Below are positions 8,210-11,167 of a DNA stretch of 11,167 nt, piece after piece (position 1 is the stretch's first letter; each line of letters begins with the position of its first letter). The notes under the pieces are model-generated. The model was not told the DNA's origin, searched no databases, and saw only the letters and a list, made by a program, of their open reading frames with translations. This DNA comes from Thermoplasmata archaeon (GTDB lineage Archaea > Thermoplasmatota > Thermoplasmata > GCA-020350865), in NCBI GenBank assembly GCA_020348445.1, contig CP070751.1, positions 1,996,686 through 2,007,852 of the forward strand, in the 5' to 3' direction. The position numbers and the translations under genes were made by a program.

Positions 8210-8992
8210 TCAACCGCCTTTTTGGGCCACTACAATAATGCCCCTTCTCAGGCTTCCCGGCATCAAGGCTTTTACCATAGTCCTAAGGTGATTTTCATCG
8301 AAATGTTGATTTATCATGTATTTCGATTCCACAACCTGAAACTTATTCCCCACAAGTAGTCCTCTGATCTCATCGAGAGTATATTCTCGAAAGTGGAGCC
8401 ATTCGTGGCTTGAAAAAGGATCGTATTCCCCCGCTGGACAGATATTTGGAGATACACCGTGAAAAAAAAACCGTATGCGATTTCTTATCCTGGCTATATT
8501 GGGGGTGGTGAGGATTAGGATACCATTATCTACCAGAATTCTATGCACTTCTCCTATTAAACGTGAGGGACTGTCCAGGTGCTCGATGACTTCCGAGCAG
8601 AGGACAACATGAAATGTCTCGTCATTGAACGAAAGGTCTTGCCTGTCAAGATCTGATTTAATGATATCTATTTGACTCCTTCTCATCTTGCTTTCAAAAA
8701 CTTCCGACGTAGTTAAGGCAACACCATACACACGCACGTTAATCTTTTTTAAGAGTACTAGTGCAATATGTCCCGGGTAGACACCAAGGTCGAGTAATCT
8801 ATCATTCGCCTTCAAATACCGATTCAAGACCCTTACCGTCTCAAGAATCCTCCCATAATTGTCCACGATATACTTTTTCTCATTGATATCTTCTCCACCA
8901 TCCCCAAAAAAAGGGATTTCGGAGCCCAGAAACTGAAAGAACTTCTCCCTACTTTTCAATAATTCCGTGGTATCCAAGTTTCCCTCTGCCAA
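8210..8992 (-). CDS. Class I SAM-dependent methyltransferase (Methyltransf_11/23-like, 260 aa)
   Basis: Motif I variant LLDLGVYPG, FNDETFHVVLCSEVIEHL, EVHRILVDNGILILTTPN, HFREYT and a C-terminal IIVVAQK. TTG start is uncertain. Confidence 0.88.
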   Translation of the reverse strand: MAEGNLDTTELLKSREKFFQFLGSEIPFFGDGGEDINEKKYIVDNYGRILETVRVLNRYLKANDRLLDLGVYPGHIALVLLKKINVRVYGVALTTSEVFESKMRRSQIDIIKSDLDRQDLSFNDETFHVVLCSEVIEHLDSPSRLIGEVHRILVDNGILILTTPNIARIRNRIRFFFHGVSPNICPAGEYDPFSSHEWLHFREYTLDEIRGLLVGNKFQVVESKYMINQHFDENHLRTMVKALMPGSLRRGIIVVAQKGG

Positions 8993-9028
8993 CTACGGAT
9001 CTTATCCCTGACTCAGTCCCTGGTCGCA

Positions 9029-10165
9029 TTAGGCCAGCTTTCGGAGCTGCCTGTTTATCTTTTTCAACCTATCTGTCCAGGTGTTTTTGAGTGCAGTTTG
9101 AATCCTCTTCCCCTCTCTATCTCTATCATGATTATCTAGGGCCAATTGTATCTTCTCTATGAATTCATATCGGTTATCGGCTACGTATACGATTTCGGAA
9201 AACTGCGTTATCTCATTTATATTCGTGGACACCACTGGCTTGCCTAAAATTAAATACTCATGTAGTTTAACGGGGTAAACAGCTTGTGCCCTTTCCGGTA
9301 TGTACGGTATCAACGCAACATCGAATTGTTTGATGAAATATGGGATTTCCCTGAAGCTTTTTTTTCCTAACAAAAAGACCCGGTCATGAAAATCCAGTTC
9401 GCAAGAATCTTCGATTACAGGTCCTACGAAAACCAAGGAAACATCTTCCCTTGTGCGCAGAATCTCCTTTATGAGCTCCAGATCGATCCTGGAATCAAGA
9501 CTCCCTACAAAACCGAGGATGGGCCTCCTAATGTCTGTCATTTCCTCCGGGACCGGATAGTGCCTTTTCCTGAAATTTCCGATATCAACTCCATTTGGTA
9601 CATAGTGGCAGTTATCAGAATATCTCCGTCCCTCCTCAAAATATAGTCGAGACGTGAAAAAGGAGATACTGCTATCCCTCATCGTTCTATGCCTCAGCTG
9701 GTCATGATACGCCTGTCTCCTGGAATCCCGAAAGAAGAACGCATCGGTACAGTCATACACGGATATTTTTGGTTTGAGCCGCTGTATCAGCGGGTAATGA
9801 ATGGCATCGCTAATCCAGAGGCAAAGCTTCCGTCTCTCATCAAAACCCCTGGTGGAAATCCTCACTATCCATGAGATGATGAATTGATTTATGCAATTGA
9901 CGATATGGCTCGCGGTTCCGAGAGGGAGAATAGGAGGTGGTTGGAGAACGAAAAGGTTCTCATTTACCCTCTTCTTTAGGCCAAAACGTGTTACTTTCTT
10001 CCGCAATGTGGCGATTCTTCTTACGAGGTATCCGATTGAATGGGGGGGCTCACAGTAAATGACCCTATTGTGCCTCGAAAAAACCTTGGCCAAATGCTGA
10101 TATCTCTGCCATGGTGCATCCCAGTCTACTAAGGGGAAAAAGACGATTAAATGATCTTTTATCAT
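9029..10165 (-). CDS. GT-B glycosyltransferase, GT4-related/TuaH-like (378 aa)
   Basis: DWDAPWQRYQHLA...VIYCEP, VYDCTD, VPNGVD, LGFVGSLDSRID, FVGP, FDVALIP and PVKLHEYLILGKPVVST, the P-x-K-x-x-EY variant of the GT4 nucleotide-binding motif. Confidence 0.88.
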   Translation of the reverse strand: MIKDHLIVFFPLVDWDAPWQRYQHLAKVFSRHNRVIYCEPPHSIGYLVRRIATLRKKVTRFGLKKRVNENLFVLQPPPILPLGTASHIVNCINQFIISWIVRISTRGFDERRKLCLWISDAIHYPLIQRLKPKISVYDCTDAFFFRDSRRQAYHDQLRHRTMRDSSISFFTSRLYFEEGRRYSDNCHYVPNGVDIGNFRKRHYPVPEEMTDIRRPILGFVGSLDSRIDLELIKEILRTREDVSLVFVGPVIEDSCELDFHDRVFLLGKKSFREIPYFIKQFDVALIPYIPERAQAVYPVKLHEYLILGKPVVSTNINEITQFSEIVYVADNRYEFIEKIQLALDNHDRDREGKRIQTALKNTWTDRLKKINRQLRKLA

Positions 10166-10197
10166 CGATTTCGTTGCGAATGTAGCATCGTTATCGT

Positions 10198-10552
10198 CTA
10201 CATTCCTTCTTTCACGTAATGCACCAAAAAACCATACCCCCTCTTATTTTCCAAATACACATCGGCTAACATTAATGATTAGAGAAGCGGTATCCATGTT
10301 TTCCTTAGAAATATCAACACCTATTATCCTGCCTGCCGGGAATGATTTCCCCAAGTAGAAGGCATAATTTCCATTACCTGATCCAACGTCCAGGATCTCC
10401 ATTGGTGAATCTATCCTTTGTTTTACCAACTTACTAACATGCAAAAATCTGATCCTCTCCTCCACATGGATAACTCCGTAGATTTTGTAGAAAAAGCCGT
10501 TCTGTTTCGGTTGAGACCTTGTTGTTGAATAATAGAGTTGGTAACCGAACAT
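10198..10552 (-). pseudogene. Class I SAM-dependent methyltransferase, truncated; probable internal deletion with frameshift
   Basis: ORF 10552-10244 has motif I (ILDVGSGNG) and IIGVDIS, then stops after 102 aa without the rest of the Rossmann fold. A second frame (10278-10198) reads SLMLADVYLENKRGYGFLVHYVKEGM*, which looks like a methyltransferase C-terminus. Confidence 0.72.
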
Positions 10553-10603
10553 CTGCTTTACCTACAACCCATTTGGCCCCTCGTGCGACTCAAAGAACGT
10601 TGC

Positions 10604-11167
10604 CTAACTTCCCTTTTCCGCCGAGCGAATCTCCATCAGATCGAGTAACGTGCTCACATGATTCTCCCAGGTGAACTTCCCTCTGCAGCGTTTTCTGCCC
10701 GCTTCCCCCATTTCCCTCCGGATATCCGGGTGGTCTATGAGAAATAATAATCTTTCCCTGAATTCATTTTTATCGCACGGATCTGCACAGTAGCCAGTTA
10801 CGCCATTCTCTATCATTTCCTCAGCGGCAACTTCATACTCGGGCACAACCTTTCTGAAAGCAATACACGGCAGTCCAGCTGCCATAGCTTCTAATATCAC
10901 CTGTCCAAAGGGCTCATGCTTCGAAGGAGAAACAAATACGTCCGCTATGGAATAGAATCTCTCGACATCATTTCTTGGACCAGCGAATATAATGTCCTTT
11001 TCTAAACCCAACCCGTTTGCCATTCTCTCTAACCTACCCCTATCTGATCCATATCCAACGATGATAAGTTTCACATCCCTTCTATTGATAGCCCTGAATT
11101 CCTTTATAACCCGTTCTACGTTCTTATCAGGGGATAAACGCCCCACATATAAGAGAACAACATCCTT
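10604..11167 (-). CDS. GT4 family glycosyltransferase, C-terminal domain only (5' end outside window)
   Basis: The frame is open to base 11167 (KDVVLLYVGRLSPDKNV...), so the GTG at 11146 in the track is not the true start. Contains IVGYG and ADVFVSPSKHEPFGQVILEAMAAGLP (EX7E motif). Confidence 0.93.
   Translation of the reverse strand, partial: KDVVLLYVGRLSPDKNVERVIKEFRAINRRDVKLIIVGYGSDRGRLERMANGLGLEKDIIFAGPRNDVERFYSIADVFVSPSKHEPFGQVILEAMAAGLPCIAFRKVVPEYEVAAEEMIENGVTGYCADPCDKNEFRERLLFLIDHPDIRREMGEAGRKRCRGKFTWENHVSTLLDLMEIRSAEKGS

Larger units (their letters stand above)
1..11167 (-). other. Operon-like surface polysaccharide / LPS biosynthesis and modification cluster
   Basis: Eleven co-oriented genes, with spacings from right to left of 51, 32 (from the second-frame stop at 10198), 36, 8, 22, 4, 4, 39 and 55 bp and a 4-bp overlap. 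All products are glycan-related or plausible glycan modifiers. Confidence 0.85.

Noticed and set aside
8993-9028. Intergenic CCCTG direct repeat around a GACT-C-AGTC palindrome
   Set aside because: Too short to be significant, overlaps the likely ribosome-binding region, and is not repeated in other spacers.
5950-9365. Homopolymer runs A9 (5950-5958), A9 (8462-8470) and T8 (9358-9365) as possible phase-variation tracts
   Set aside because: The runs are short A/T tracts explained by Phe or Lys codons and all three ORFs are intact. Only read-level length variation would revive this.
22-9874. All plus-strand ORFs in the track (e.g. 22-315, 1227-1547, 2169-2537, 4210-4641, 7008-7241, 9386-9646)
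   Set aside because: They lie antisense to well-supported genes and show no recognisable motifs, so they are treated as shadow ORFs.
10165-10246. The truncated methyltransferase ORF is in frame with the downstream GT, separated by one TAA and 26 sense codons (EGVWFFG...ATKS), suggesting readthrough or a broken fusion gene
   Set aside because: There is a 1-in-3 chance of frame match, the methyltransferase part would still lack most of its fold, and the other frame gives a better methyltransferase-like C-terminus.

Overview
The whole 11.2 kb window is one minus-strand, tightly packed, operon-like cell-surface glycan biosynthesis/modification locus, truncated at both edges. In transcription order (right to left) it holds: a partial GT4 glycosyltransferase; a broken class I SAM-methyltransferase; a TuaH-like GT-B glycosyltransferase; an intact class I methyltransferase; a radical SAM protein with a single-cluster SPASM/twitch domain; an AT-rich DUF2079-like (GT-C-type) polytopic membrane protein; a GT4; a GT9 (heptosyltransferase-like); a CE4/NodB polysaccharide deacetylase; a GT4; and another GT4 that is missing from the ORF track because it runs off the left edge. 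The GT9 suggests an LPS-producing diderm bacterium, but taxonomy cannot be assigned from this sequence. I saw no RNA genes, mobile elements, CRISPR arrays, wzx/wzy or nucleotide-sugar synthesis genes. The most interesting points are the BtrN-like twitch radical SAM enzyme embedded among glycosyltransferases, the uncharacterised GT-C-like protein beside it, and an apparent internal deletion in the first methyltransferase. All family calls come from manual motif recognition, not database searches.
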